Shown piece by piece: positions 17,420 to 26,889 of a stretch of DNA of 64,000 nt; positions within the stretch are counted from its first letter, which is position 1; every line of letters begins with the position of its first letter. The translations under genes and the position numbers were made by a program. The notes under the pieces are model-generated. The model was not told where the DNA came from. It searched no databases and saw nothing but the letters and a program-made list of their open reading frames with translations. The stretch lies in the sequence record NC_061447.1, one strand, 5' to 3'.

Positions 17420-17462
17420 AGAGATGAACGCTAGACACTCGTTTAGCTACTTACATGAGGAC

Positions 17463-17792
17463 ATGTATATGAAAAAGAAAACTGCTGCTCAACCTACAAT
17501 CGAAGGTCGCGTTTTTACTCTTTTCAGTGCCGAGCAAATTCCGCCTGAATCGACTACGCCGTTTGCTGATCGTGATTCCTTCCTTCCTCTGTTACGTAGA
17601 GTTCAGGAAAGTTCTAGGCTGGAACGCATTCGTGGTATGTCCTGCTGTCCATACTGCGGTGAGATGATGATGCTTGGTGAATATACCAAAGACAACTGGC
17701 TCTGGTCTTATTCTTACCAGCACATGATCGAACACCACAACGTAAAGCCGTCCGCAGAATTTATTGCCTACGTTGAAACTGCTTCCAACTAA
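17463..17792 (+). CDS. Hypothetical protein with CPYC and H..EHH motifs (metal-binding?)
   Basis: GAGG RBS; CCPYC...W.W..SY.HMIEHH.V.PS.EF. Confidence 0.75.
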   Translation: MYMKKKTAAQPTIEGRVFTLFSAEQIPPESTTPFADRDSFLPLLRRVQESSRLERIRGMSCCPYCGEMMMLGEYTKDNWLWSYSYQHMIEHHNVKPSAEFIAYVETASN

Positions 17793-17813
17793 TCTGAATT
17801 TTACCTGAGGAAC

Positions 17814-19313
17814 ATGTACATGAAAAAGATTAAACACGCTTTCCGTCTGACCGACCTGGTTAATATTGAAAAAGTCGATACCGTTGATTATTCCCAATTG
17901 CATCACGGTAAACGTGCTATCATTGTTGGTCGTGAGCTTGACTGTCAAATGTACGATCTTCACATCGAAGGTGTTGGCGTTCATCACATGCAATACCCAG
18001 AAGAATGTTTGTCGCTCATTAAGCGCAATCAGGGTGAGATGCTCGACAAGTGGGAAGCTGGTAAGTACGGCAAGAAGAAAAAGAAAGAGCGCGAGATCCC
18101 TAACGTGCTGCGTAACTTCACTGCTATTCTGCCTGTGACCTGCAACGCCGATTGTTCGTTCTGTCCTGAGAAGGAGATGGAAAACAAGGCGCCTCAGAAA
18201 GAGTGGCAAGACAAACTGATTGCTGCGATTAAGACGCACGGGCATCGCGTTGACCACGTATCAATCTCAGGCGGCGAACCTACGCTGCGTATGAAGTACC
18301 TGTTCGAAACGATCGACCAGATTCAGACCAAAGCACATATGTATAAAGTCGGTCTGACGTCGAACGGTCAGTTCCTTGAGAAACCTAATCAGTTGCTGAC
18401 GTTCCTCGACCTGAACACCAACGAGATGTTGGAAAGCAAACTGTCGCATCTGAATATCAGTATGCACTCGTTCGACCGCGAAAAAGCAAACAAGATCATG
18501 GGCGTCAACTATACGTGGACTCTCGAAGACCTTGCTCGCTTCCGCCGTCAGTTAGGCCGCAAGCTGAGTTTCCACATCAACTTTGTTATCAACGAACAGA
18601 ACATTGATAACATCGAGTGGGAGTTCCGTCAGGCCAACGAGTTCATGAAAGAGAATCAGTGGATTGACGTTGTGTTCCGTGTTGACTACAACAACAAAAA
18701 GCTGAACAAAGAACTGCGTAAGTATGGTCTGGCTGTACAGGCAGCGCGTGAAGCAAAACGACCACGTGATAAGAGCATCAAATACTTAGCGCCTAAGATC
18801 AAGGAGCCTAAGCTGATCGAGTTGTTTAACTCTATCTTCGACGGTAGCTTCTACGATGATTTGACCGAAGAGACTATGCCTGGACTTGGCGATACGTTTA
18901 CAACCGCATGTCCGTCCTGCTTCACGCATCGTAGCACAGACCTCGGTAACAGCTTCGCATACCTGAAAGCGTCTTCATACGAACCGAACGAAGACGAAGA
19001 AGAATATACCGAGATGGTATTCCACATGGACGGCAACTTGTACTTCGACTGGTCACGCAAAGAGCCTGTGCCGGAAATGAAGGCGAAGACTAAAAAGACG
19101 AAGCGTTTCGACTTCGAGTTCGAGCAAAAAGGCGAACATGATGCACCTAACGGTGCTGCGCTTAAACTTGAACAGGGCAAGAAAGCCAAACCTGTCCGCG
19201 TTAAGAAGGCCAAGAAGACTGAGCCACAGGGCTACCCAGATAGCTGCAACTATTCTTCTCCGTGCAGTTACTCGCGTGGTTCGTCTTGCAATTTCGGCAG
19301 CGGCATGTGCTAA
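17814..19313 (+). CDS. Radical SAM enzyme with a Cys/Ser/Gly-rich C-terminal tail
   Basis: CNADCSFC (CxxxCxxC), SISGGEPTL, LTSNG, HLNIS.H; tail SCNYSSPCSYSRGSSCNFGSGMC. Confidence 0.9.
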   Translation: MYMKKIKHAFRLTDLVNIEKVDTVDYSQLHHGKRAIIVGRELDCQMYDLHIEGVGVHHMQYPEECLSLIKRNQGEMLDKWEAGKYGKKKKKEREIPNVLRNFTAILPVTCNADCSFCPEKEMENKAPQKEWQDKLIAAIKTHGHRVDHVSISGGEPTLRMKYLFETIDQIQTKAHMYKVGLTSNGQFLEKPNQLLTFLDLNTNEMLESKLSHLNISMHSFDREKANKIMGVNYTWTLEDLARFRRQLGRKLSFHINFVINEQNIDNIEWEFRQANEFMKENQWIDVVFRVDYNNKKLNKELRKYGLAVQAAREAKRPRDKSIKYLAPKIKEPKLIELFNSIFDGSFYDDLTEETMPGLGDTFTTACPSCFTHRSTDLGNSFAYLKASSYEPNEDEEEYTEMVFHMDGNLYFDWSRKEPVPEMKAKTKKTKRFDFEFEQKGEHDAPNGAALKLEQGKKAKPVRVKKAKKTEPQGYPDSCNYSSPCSYSRGSSCNFGSGMC

Positions 19314-19327
19314 TAAGGAAAACTAAA

Positions 19328-19945
19328 ATGGCTACTCAAAAAGAAGTAAACGATTTTCTGATCGAGTTCGAAAAGAACTACGGTCTCTCTATTCCTATCA
19401 CGGACGAAGACGAGTTTGGTCTTAACGTCCTTGAGCAAACCAATCGAGGTTCTTTCATCGGCTATCTCGATGAAGATGTGTTTGACATGTACGACCAGGA
19501 AGGTGAGTTTGACGAAGACGAGGATGACGATGTTATCGACGGCGAAGATGAAGAAGCCGTGCTTGATCGCATTGACGCAGAGCTTGATCGCTCGCACGTC
19601 TTCCGCGTCCTGTATCTGGCGCTGAGAGACTGGCAAGGCACCATCAAAGAACTTGAGATGGTAATGTTCGACGTCATGGAAGAGATGGATATTCTCGAAG
19701 AACACCCAGAGGTTATCACGGAGCCTCTGGCCACCATCGTCGTTTCACAAGATGACCTGAAAGCTCTGGCTGACATTGTGCGTGAATGCACAGGTCCAGA
19801 AACGCATCGTTTGTACGGCATGTTAACCGTACGCAAACTGCAACGTCTTGCTGCGGGTCGACCGTTCCCTGAGAAGTTTGCTGGCCTCACTATTACGAGT
19901 AGTGCGTTTGAACTTACCGAAGCGCTGGCCGAGCTTGGAGAATAA
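19328..19945 (+). CDS. Acidic hypothetical protein
   Basis: AAGGA RBS. Confidence 0.75.
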   Translation: MATQKEVNDFLIEFEKNYGLSIPITDEDEFGLNVLEQTNRGSFIGYLDEDVFDMYDQEGEFDEDEDDDVIDGEDEEAVLDRIDAELDRSHVFRVLYLALRDWQGTIKELEMVMFDVMEEMDILEEHPEVITEPLATIVVSQDDLKALADIVRECTGPETHRLYGMLTVRKLQRLAAGRPFPEKFAGLTITSSAFELTEALAELGE

Positions 19946-19946
19946 C

Positions 19947-20303
19947 ATGCGTCGTAACTATTACTATGACAGCCCTTTCTATTACGGGCTTATTGTGTGG
20001 CGTAGACGCCTTGCTGTTGTTTGTGCGATGTTGATTGCTATTCTGATCATGCACGGTCGCTCCGCGCCTGCTGTAGAAGACATGTGGTTCTGGACCGGCA
20101 TTATCTTCGGTGTCGTAGGTGGTGTGTGCTATATTCGTATGTGGTCCTATGAATGCTATCTGCTTGCTGCAATGGGTCCACTAGATAACAGCACTGTTAT
20201 TGGTTCGTTGAACTTCGATAAGATTGAACGGCGCCACGCTGTCTGGTACGAAAAGAAGTTCGGTCACAAGCCACCTAAAACTAACACATGGAGTATTGAC
20301 TGA
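19947..20303 (+). CDS. Membrane protein (2 TM)
   Basis: GGAG RBS; two hydrophobic segments. Confidence 0.7.
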   Translation: MRRNYYYDSPFYYGLIVWRRRLAVVCAMLIAILIMHGRSAPAVEDMWFWTGIIFGVVGGVCYIRMWSYECYLLAAMGPLDNSTVIGSLNFDKIERRHAVWYEKKFGHKPPKTNTWSID

Positions 20304-20770
20304 TGCCGCGCATGTTTACTGAAACTCACCGCACCAAGTATTTCCGTGATCGCAATCATCCTGAGTATCACGGTGATGTGTGCGAGCGCATCCACCTTGA
20401 AGGTATGGAGACGTTGAAAGACCTGAAATACTATCAGGCTGCTATCGCGTTGAAGCGCCGCAGTAGCCCACATCGTGTGCGTCGTCTGGTTGAGCCTAAG
20501 ACGTGGGATCAACTTTGTCAGTCACGTGGCGAGCGTCACGATATGTATTATCTACGCGCTCAATTCAAATTGTCGGCGGCCCGATTGAAGTCACTGCGTA
20601 TTGCATACACCGAAGAGCATTGCCGTAGACATGGCGATCCTATGCGACTCGAAGTGAAAGACGCAGATGGTAATCGCGTTGATTTGTTCGTAACCTATGA
20701 TGCGGCCAATCACTGTAAACTACGTTCAGGGCTTGGCGCTACAATTAATCGCTACGAGGAAAAGAAATAA
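20303..20770 (+). CDS. Hypothetical basic protein
   Basis: TGATG overlap. Confidence 0.7.
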   Translation: MPRMFTETHRTKYFRDRNHPEYHGDVCERIHLEGMETLKDLKYYQAAIALKRRSSPHRVRRLVEPKTWDQLCQSRGERHDMYYLRAQFKLSAARLKSLRIAYTEEHCRRHGDPMRLEVKDADGNRVDLFVTYDAANHCKLRSGLGATINRYEEKK

Positions 20771-20771
20771 A

Positions 20772-21035
20772 ATGGCAGTAGGTTTTGTCAAAGACGATGG
20801 CGTGAACGATACCATCGAAACAAACGTGCTGAACGAGATTGACCGCGCTCGTTCAGAACTTCAAGGCGTAGGTTCCGACTACTGCGTCAACCCTGACTGC
20901 GGTGAAAAGATTCCTGTAATGCGTAAGCTCGCTATGCCGAACGCGCGTTACTGTGTTAACTGTCAGGCAGCGCACGATGGTACTGCTAACGTCGGCTACA
21001 ATCGTCGTGGCTCAAAAGATTCCCAGCTGAGGTAA
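20772..21035 (+). CDS. ybiI: DksA/TraR-family C4 zinc-finger protein (YbiI-like)
   Basis: C.NPDCGEKIP..R..AMP.A.YCV.CQ; the C-terminus GYNRRGSKDSQLR matches enterobacterial YbiI as I recall it. Confidence 0.9.
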   Translation: MAVGFVKDDGVNDTIETNVLNEIDRARSELQGVGSDYCVNPDCGEKIPVMRKLAMPNARYCVNCQAAHDGTANVGYNRRGSKDSQLR

Positions 21036-21037
21036 CT

Positions 21038-21466
21038 ATGGAAACTAAAGTATTGCAGTCTGCCACTGAGTGGCGCGTTAAGGTTACGCAGAAAGATCAG
21101 CCAAGCAACACGTTCACTGATGTGTATCGCTCCGAAGAGGAATATCAGAAGTGGATGGACTTGCATAAGAACGACTACACGGTAGAAGTGAACGTTGTTC
21201 AGACGCTGACTATCGAAGTGAAGAAAGGCACCTACCCTGACGTCCAGCCAGTAGTTGATCCGAACGTGACGTATTCTCTCGAAGCGTTCGTTAAGACTGC
21301 TAACGACTGGGTAGTTATTCGTAGCGGTATCGCAACGCCAGAAGAAGTTACTGGTCTGGTTGATCGCCTTAATCTCAAGTACAACAAGCCAGAGTCTGCT
21401 ACTCATTTCCGTGTTGTGCGTGTTGTGCGCAGCGAAGTAGAAGAACTGTGGGGAGAGATGTGGTGA
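21038..21466 (+). CDS. Hypothetical protein
   Basis: GAGG RBS. Confidence 0.75.
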   Translation: METKVLQSATEWRVKVTQKDQPSNTFTDVYRSEEEYQKWMDLHKNDYTVEVNVVQTLTIEVKKGTYPDVQPVVDPNVTYSLEAFVKTANDWVVIRSGIATPEEVTGLVDRLNLKYNKPESATHFRVVRVVRSEVEELWGEMW

Positions 21467-21648
21467 ACGAAGAAGAACGCAAACAGTTCCTCGAACGCTT
21501 AGGTAAGCGTAGCGAAGAACGCGCCGAACCTTACTCACGTTGCGAAGACTGCCGTACACCTCTAGCAGAAGATGAAGTGTACGGTGAATTTGATGACCTG
21601 TGTGAGAATTGCTGTGCTGATCGTGAAGACTCAGGGGAGCCAACATAA
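21463..21648 (+). CDS. Small CxxC...CxxC zinc-ribbon protein
   Basis: GTG start overlapping the previous stop; CEDC...CENC. Confidence 0.6.
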   Translation: MNEEERKQFLERLGKRSEERAEPYSRCEDCRTPLAEDEVYGEFDDLCENCCADREDSGEPT

Positions 21649-21965
21649 TGCTGCGTAAACTTTGGGTAGCTATTGGATTCAAATTTCCTACTGTGGCTGA
21701 TGCTATGCGTAAACGTCAGGCATGTACACGCGTTGGCTATAAGAGCTACTGCGTTATGAATCGTGCTGGATTCGCAGAGGCATTTACTCACCACCTGCAT
21801 GAGTATCGTGATTCCAGCCCTTCGCTGGCTGTGCTCAATAAACACAAGCATGAAGAAGTAGCGGCCAAGGCACAGCGTATGGACTATCCGTGCGTTGTTG
21901 TTTTTGCTGACGATGGCTTCTCTGCAATTGCAATTGATGCACCTACTATGGATCGCCACGTATGA
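21648..21965 (+). CDS. Hypothetical protein
   Basis: TAATG overlap. Confidence 0.7.
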   Translation: MLRKLWVAIGFKFPTVADAMRKRQACTRVGYKSYCVMNRAGFAEAFTHHLHEYRDSSPSLAVLNKHKHEEVAAKAQRMDYPCVVVFADDGFSAIAIDAPTMDRHV

Positions 21966-22315
21966 AACTCAAAAACACACCACGCGGGCTGTGGTTGTAC
22001 GTTAAACAACTCTACTTAATGTGTCTGTTGCTTAAGGATGAATATGACCTTATCCGACTGGAGCATGAGTCAGAAGTTCTTGACGCTCTGCAAAGATTGA
22101 CCGAACGGGACATGGCTAATAGCACAGATATAGGTGTACGCGTTCTGTTGTTCTTTAAGGAACACAAGAAACCACGTAGCGCAAGATATAACCTGCCTTA
22201 CCTGTGGCCTAAGCGCGACCTAATTCGTTTGCTCAACCAGAACGGTGTTGCAGTAGGTCCCGTGCCGAACTACTTTGTAGCACTCCATCAACTCGTCGAT
22301 AAGGGCTTCAAGTGA
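21962..22315 (+). CDS. Hypothetical protein
   Basis: ATGA overlap. Confidence 0.65.
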   Translation: MKLKNTPRGLWLYVKQLYLMCLLLKDEYDLIRLEHESEVLDALQRLTERDMANSTDIGVRVLLFFKEHKKPRSARYNLPYLWPKRDLIRLLNQNGVAVGPVPNYFVALHQLVDKGFK

Positions 22316-22650
22316 TGAAGACAGTAACCTGTTCTGTAAATGCGCTACACGGTAAACGTGTGCTACCAGTCTTCTTTCAAGAGGAAGAAGAAAAGTTTTA
22401 TATCGGCAGTGACTTCTGGAAAAGTCTGAACCTGCGCGACGACCTGTTCATTGAGCCTCAAACAGAGCAAGTCATCCACAATGACGAGCGCATGAACCGC
22501 ACCGAGTTCATTCGTGTCTCTACCGTGCGCGATGTTATTCATGCGCTGCATCGTTGCCGCAGTTATATCTGCTACTTTGAGTACATCTCCGACGAGGAAA
22601 TTGACAGCCTCGCCGAAGCACTCGAACATTGGGAAAAACCAGAGGACTAA
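22312..22650 (+). CDS. Hypothetical protein
   Basis: Coupled ORF. Confidence 0.7.
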   Translation: MMKTVTCSVNALHGKRVLPVFFQEEEEKFYIGSDFWKSLNLRDDLFIEPQTEQVIHNDERMNRTEFIRVSTVRDVIHALHRCRSYICYFEYISDEEIDSLAEALEHWEKPED

Positions 22651-22652
22651 TC

Positions 22653-23276
22653 ATGAACACCACAATTCAATTTCTCATGGATGAGAACGAGATAGAAGAC
22701 GCACTCACCTCGTATCACACTGACCCTACCGATGAAAACAAACGTCGTGTGATTGAAACGATTTTGAGTGAGTCTAAACACGCACCAAAACCAGACATTG
22801 AACCTGAGGCGCATCGCATTATATTTGTGCCGTCCGTAACTACACTTAGAAGTGAGCCTGCTGTTACGCAATATGCTTCTTTCAGTGGTGAGATCGACAA
22901 GATGCTCGTGGCCACTGCTAAATTGGCTAAGCGTGTTGCAGACAAAATTCATGAGGCAGGCAGCTCCGCTGTGCTTGTTCGCTTCGACCCAGAAGAATGG
23001 TATTCGTATCGCATTCCTATTCTTCTGGGTTTCTACGATCTGGCGTTAGAGTCGAAAACGCTGGACGGGATTGATTCCTCCATGCGCGACCTCATGCGCA
23101 AGGTAGGCAATCTGCCTTTCGATGAAGATGTTGAAGCCTTCTACGAAAGAATAAATCGTTATGTGGCTGAGGGAGAGCATGAAGGCTGTCTGCGCTCCAT
23201 CACTCAAATGGTGGACACTAAGTTCACACGCAACTTACCTCAAACCGAAACCGAAGAAGAAGGTGAAGAAGAATGA
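22653..23276 (+). CDS. Hypothetical protein
   Basis: GAGG RBS before ATG 22653. Confidence 0.75.
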   Translation: MNTTIQFLMDENEIEDALTSYHTDPTDENKRRVIETILSESKHAPKPDIEPEAHRIIFVPSVTTLRSEPAVTQYASFSGEIDKMLVATAKLAKRVADKIHEAGSSAVLVRFDPEEWYSYRIPILLGFYDLALESKTLDGIDSSMRDLMRKVGNLPFDEDVEAFYERINRYVAEGEHEGCLRSITQMVDTKFTRNLPQTETEEEGEEE

Positions 23277-23644
23277 TCAGACAAATGCCGTTGCAGCTTT
23301 TAAGCAAGGACCCAGACGTAACAGCTCAATCGACCGCAGCGCGTCTAGGCCTTGTTAACTACACGATAGTCGTTCGTGGTGACTGGCAACTGATCTGCGG
23401 CACTGGCGTAGATCGTAAACCGCGCATCGCACTTATCGGTCCTTATAAAATCAATCCTGATTTGACCGGTGTGCATATTCTGACTCATGCTGGCTTCTCT
23501 GATATTGACGCACTGTTGGCTCTCGGTCTGCATCGCAATGACTTACGCCGTATGCAGAAAGAACACCGTGCTCGCGTCAAAGCTGTAAAAGAACAGAAAC
23601 GCATGGGCAACACTACCGCACTCGACGATATCAAGGGGAAGTAA
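23273..23644 (+). CDS. Hypothetical protein
   Basis: ATGA overlap. Confidence 0.7.
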   Translation: MIRQMPLQLLSKDPDVTAQSTAARLGLVNYTIVVRGDWQLICGTGVDRKPRIALIGPYKINPDLTGVHILTHAGFSDIDALLALGLHRNDLRRMQKEHRARVKAVKEQKRMGNTTALDDIKGK

Positions 23645-23645
23645 G

Positions 23646-24404
23646 ATGAAACAGTTATTCGTAGGCAGCCACCCAAACACCGTTCGCTTTTCTGATCTCG
23701 ACAGCCGTGACCGCATCTGTGAGATTCGCGCGATGATCGCTGACGCGTATCGCATGTTGCGTGATTCAATTGGCGAACAGGCCAAGAACGAAACGAATAC
23801 CTTCCACGGCCCGTGGCTTGTGTTTCGCAATCTCATGAACGATCACCCTGCCGCCTGTCTGGAAGAGTTTCGTCATGCGTCTATCTACTTCGATGCAGAC
23901 ACCGAAGGCAAGGTAACTGAGATTGCTGATCTGATTGAACAGCACATCGAACTCTCCCGTGAAGCCCTGAGCCTGAAAGGTGTGCACCAACATCAGGCTG
24001 ACGCGATGATCAGTATTCAACCTGACACAGCTACGCGTGAAGTAACGTTGCGTGTTGGTCTTGGCAAAACGCGTAGCAATAACCCGCATCTCATTTTGGC
24101 TGATAGTGTTCGTCACTACATCGACCTGGCCTCCACTGCTGCATCGACGTTCGAGTTCTGCGTACTGCTCACCAAGAAGCTGGACTCTGACGCCCACGAT
24201 AACTACGGCGAGATGACGCACGACGAGATGGTAGACTGTGTACACGGCCTAATTCTCGGCTCGTCTAAAAGCATAAAGAACCTCCGTGAACTGATCATGG
24301 ACAGCATTAACGAATTGTCTATGCCGTATTCTCAATTCGTTTCTGGTCCTAAGTTCGACGACGAACAGGCGGCTGACGATGAAAACTTTGCGCTGCGTGG
24401 CTAA
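23646..24404 (+). CDS. Hypothetical protein
   Basis: 252 aa ORF with RBS. Confidence 0.8.
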   Translation: MKQLFVGSHPNTVRFSDLDSRDRICEIRAMIADAYRMLRDSIGEQAKNETNTFHGPWLVFRNLMNDHPAACLEEFRHASIYFDADTEGKVTEIADLIEQHIELSREALSLKGVHQHQADAMISIQPDTATREVTLRVGLGKTRSNNPHLILADSVRHYIDLASTAASTFEFCVLLTKKLDSDAHDNYGEMTHDEMVDCVHGLILGSSKSIKNLRELIMDSINELSMPYSQFVSGPKFDDEQAADDENFALRG

Positions 24405-24582
24405 ACGTTATTGGCGCGAGGTGGTGATACTGATCGTGTTAGTTGTCATCGCCTTCGCTTTACCTTATTTTGAAGTGCGCAACCCTAAGCTGACTATGCT
24501 GGTGGCTGTTATTGTGGCTGTGTACTTCTTCGCTACTTGGGCATGTAAGCCCAGTTACGGAAAAGACAATGAGAAAAAATGA
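24379..24582 (+). CDS. Small membrane protein (2 TM)
   Basis: Two hydrophobic segments. Confidence 0.6.
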   Translation: MKTLRCVAKRYWREVVILIVLVVIAFALPYFEVRNPKLTMLVAVIVAVYFFATWACKPSYGKDNEKK

Positions 24583-25120
24583 AATCGTACTGAGTGCCGA
24601 AGAGATTGCAGACGGCATTGAGAAGATCAATCACGCATTGCTGCAAGTTGGTCTGCGTTGTAATGAAGGTGATGTTGGTTACGAAACTGTGTACACCGAT
24701 GACCGTGGTGAAACGCAGGGTGGCTGGTACGCCGAGTTCGATAAGAAGTCCCGCGACAAACTGCGCGAATCAAAGAAAGTGTCATGGCGTAACTGCGGCA
24801 TGATTAGCGGCGACACGCTCGACAGCATTCTGCGTACTGCTGCCAGTCTGAAATTCCGTAACTACGGCAAAGAGCCTAATCCTACTCAGATTAAAAAGGT
24901 GGTGCACATGATGACCAAAGAAGGTGCCACGCAGAAAGCGCTTGAGACCTACAACTCGGCCAAGCCTTTGTCCGATGGTGACCTCAAGCTGTGTATCGAA
25001 CACTTCCGCACTCTGGAAAACTTAATCAAAGTTGACCCGATGTTGAAGCTGGCGCAGCCGTATGTTGTAAACAACCTGTATCAACTCGAAAACTATTTGC
25101 AAGCACGTAAGAGCAAGTAA
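24569..25120 (+). CDS. Hypothetical protein
   Basis: ATG 24569 overlapping the previous gene. Confidence 0.7.
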   Translation: MRKNEIVLSAEEIADGIEKINHALLQVGLRCNEGDVGYETVYTDDRGETQGGWYAEFDKKSRDKLRESKKVSWRNCGMISGDTLDSILRTAASLKFRNYGKEPNPTQIKKVVHMMTKEGATQKALETYNSAKPLSDGDLKLCIEHFRTLENLIKVDPMLKLAQPYVVNNLYQLENYLQARKSK

Positions 25121-25126
25121 CAATCA

Positions 25127-25153
25127 TGGGAGGCCCTTAACAGGGTTTCCCAT
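25127..25153 (+). terminator. Stem-loop or weak terminator
   Basis: TGGGAGGCCC-TTAACA-GGGTTTCCCA; similar to 33550..33578. Confidence 0.55.
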
Positions 25154-25178
25154 TAGTCATTTCTGGAGCAAATTTCGC

Positions 25179-26159
25179 ATGAGATTCGGATTCGCCTGTA
25201 AGCTGCTTGACGCAAACGACAAACAACCATACACCAACAAGAGCCTTAGCTATAAACATTTCTCGGCGCTATCCGCACCTGACCAGCATGAAAAACTTTT
25301 GGCCGTTGTCGCACACAACCTGACTTCGTTACTCGACATGATAAAGCACGTTGGTCGTCTGCGTACCGACCTGCGTATGTTTCGAATCACAAGTGAGTTA
25401 CTTCCGTTGTACACTCACCCGAAAGTGTTCCACATGTACATGCGCCATGACGTCGCAGCCTTAACAGAAAAGATGTTAGCACTCTGTGGTGCAGCGGCAC
25501 GTCGGCTTGATGTGCGACTATCTTTTCACCCAGGTCAGTTCACGGTACTTGCATCTGATCGTCCTGACGTGGTTGAGAACTCCATTCGTGAACTTGAGTA
25601 CCATGCGTACTGTGCCTACCACATGGGATATGGCCGACGCTTTCAAGACTTCAAGATCAACATTCACCTCAGCGGTAAACTTGGTGCAAAAGGCTTTCGT
25701 GCCGCACACCAGAAACTTTCTGACCACTGCCGCAAGATGTTGACCGTTGAGAACGACGAGATCACTTCCAGCCTCGAAGACTGTTTAGAGCTGGCAGACA
25801 TATGCCCGATCGTCCTCGACATTCATCATCACTGGGTTATGACTAACGAGTACATACAGCCGACCGATGATCGTGTTAAGCGTGTCATTGACTCTTGGCG
25901 TGGCGTTCGACCGACTGCTCACTACTCTGTGTCGAAGCCTGAGTTCGTGCCGTCACGTGGTCTGCCTGATCAGAACAAGCTGTCCGCTAATCGTATGCAG
26001 TTACGCGCACACTCTGACTACTATCACAATGACGATGTAAACGACTGGGCCCTCAGCTTCACTGATTTTGACCTGATGTGTGAGTCAAAAGCTAAAAACA
26101 GGGCTAGAGTCAAACTGGCGTGTTTTAGCGTCAACTCTGCAAATAAATGGACAAAATGA
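25179..26159 (+). CDS. uvsE: UV DNA damage endonuclease (UVDE/UvsE family)
   Basis: MRFGFACK, FRITSELLP..THP, RLSFHPGQF.VL, ELEYH, LTVENDE, VLDIHHH, AHSDY, M.E.K.K. Confidence 0.95.
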   Translation: MRFGFACKLLDANDKQPYTNKSLSYKHFSALSAPDQHEKLLAVVAHNLTSLLDMIKHVGRLRTDLRMFRITSELLPLYTHPKVFHMYMRHDVAALTEKMLALCGAAARRLDVRLSFHPGQFTVLASDRPDVVENSIRELEYHAYCAYHMGYGRRFQDFKINIHLSGKLGAKGFRAAHQKLSDHCRKMLTVENDEITSSLEDCLELADICPIVLDIHHHWVMTNEYIQPTDDRVKRVIDSWRGVRPTAHYSVSKPEFVPSRGLPDQNKLSANRMQLRAHSDYYHNDDVNDWALSFTDFDLMCESKAKNRARVKLACFSVNSANKWTK

Positions 26160-26192
26160 GGCTTGTTTGCGATATTCGACCTGTGATACACT
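26139..26192 (+). promoter_or_regulatory. Class A promoter
   Basis: GCAAATAAATGGACAAAAT ... TGA-TACACT at 26187, spacer 33. Confidence 0.75.
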
Positions 26193-26248
26193 GTTTATGA
26201 GCACTATCGCTCGTTTTTCTCATATAACTAGACAGAGGAAATAAGACA

Positions 26249-26551
26249 ATGTTCACAACAACCACTATCGCAAAGAAAGCACCTGTTGTTCAGTCCGCCA
26301 ACCATTCATTCGGTATTACTGGTATCACACCAACTAACCGTATCTCCTGCATTTGGCCTGGCGCTCTGGAAGTTCCTGCGAATATTAAACGTTGGTGCCG
26401 TGTAAACGAAATCACCAACGACCTTGATGCTTACATGCGTGTTCGCTTTAAAGGTCGCCGCGCAGATATTCTGAACCTGGTGACTAAACACCTTGCTCCG
26501 AATAATCCTGAGCTGGCAGTTCGTATTCTCGCAACTATCACTGAGGCGTAA
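26249..26551 (+). CDS. Hypothetical protein
   Basis: GAGG RBS. Confidence 0.8.
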   Translation: MFTTTTIAKKAPVVQSANHSFGITGITPTNRISCIWPGALEVPANIKRWCRVNEITNDLDAYMRVRFKGRRADILNLVTKHLAPNNPELAVRILATITEA

Positions 26552-26552
26552 A

Positions 26553-26816
26553 ATGAAAGTCCAATGTTTGGAAGCCGTATACGGTACTACGAATACCAAT
26601 ACTCCGCTTGTGGAGAAACGTGGCTTCCGTCCTGTCGAATCAAAATATCTCGATGGTACGGAGGTTAGATTACAACGGTTATCACACGATATACATGAAC
26701 GTGTGGTTGTGGGTTACGACCGTTTTGGCCGTGCTGTGTATGGAACACAAGTACCACAATCAACGTTCGAAGTGCGTGACAGCAAGGAAAGCGAACCGAA
26801 TAAAACGGCGCCCTAG
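26553..26816 (+). CDS. Hypothetical protein
   Basis: GAGG RBS before ATG 26553. Confidence 0.6.
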   Translation: MKVQCLEAVYGTTNTNTPLVEKRGFRPVESKYLDGTEVRLQRLSHDIHERVVVGYDRFGRAVYGTQVPQSTFEVRDSKESEPNKTAP

Positions 26817-26889
26817 CAAGCTCACAACCAGAAGCCATAGAATAACCAACAATAAATTCATGTGCTGACCTATCGTGGGGTGTCTTAAA

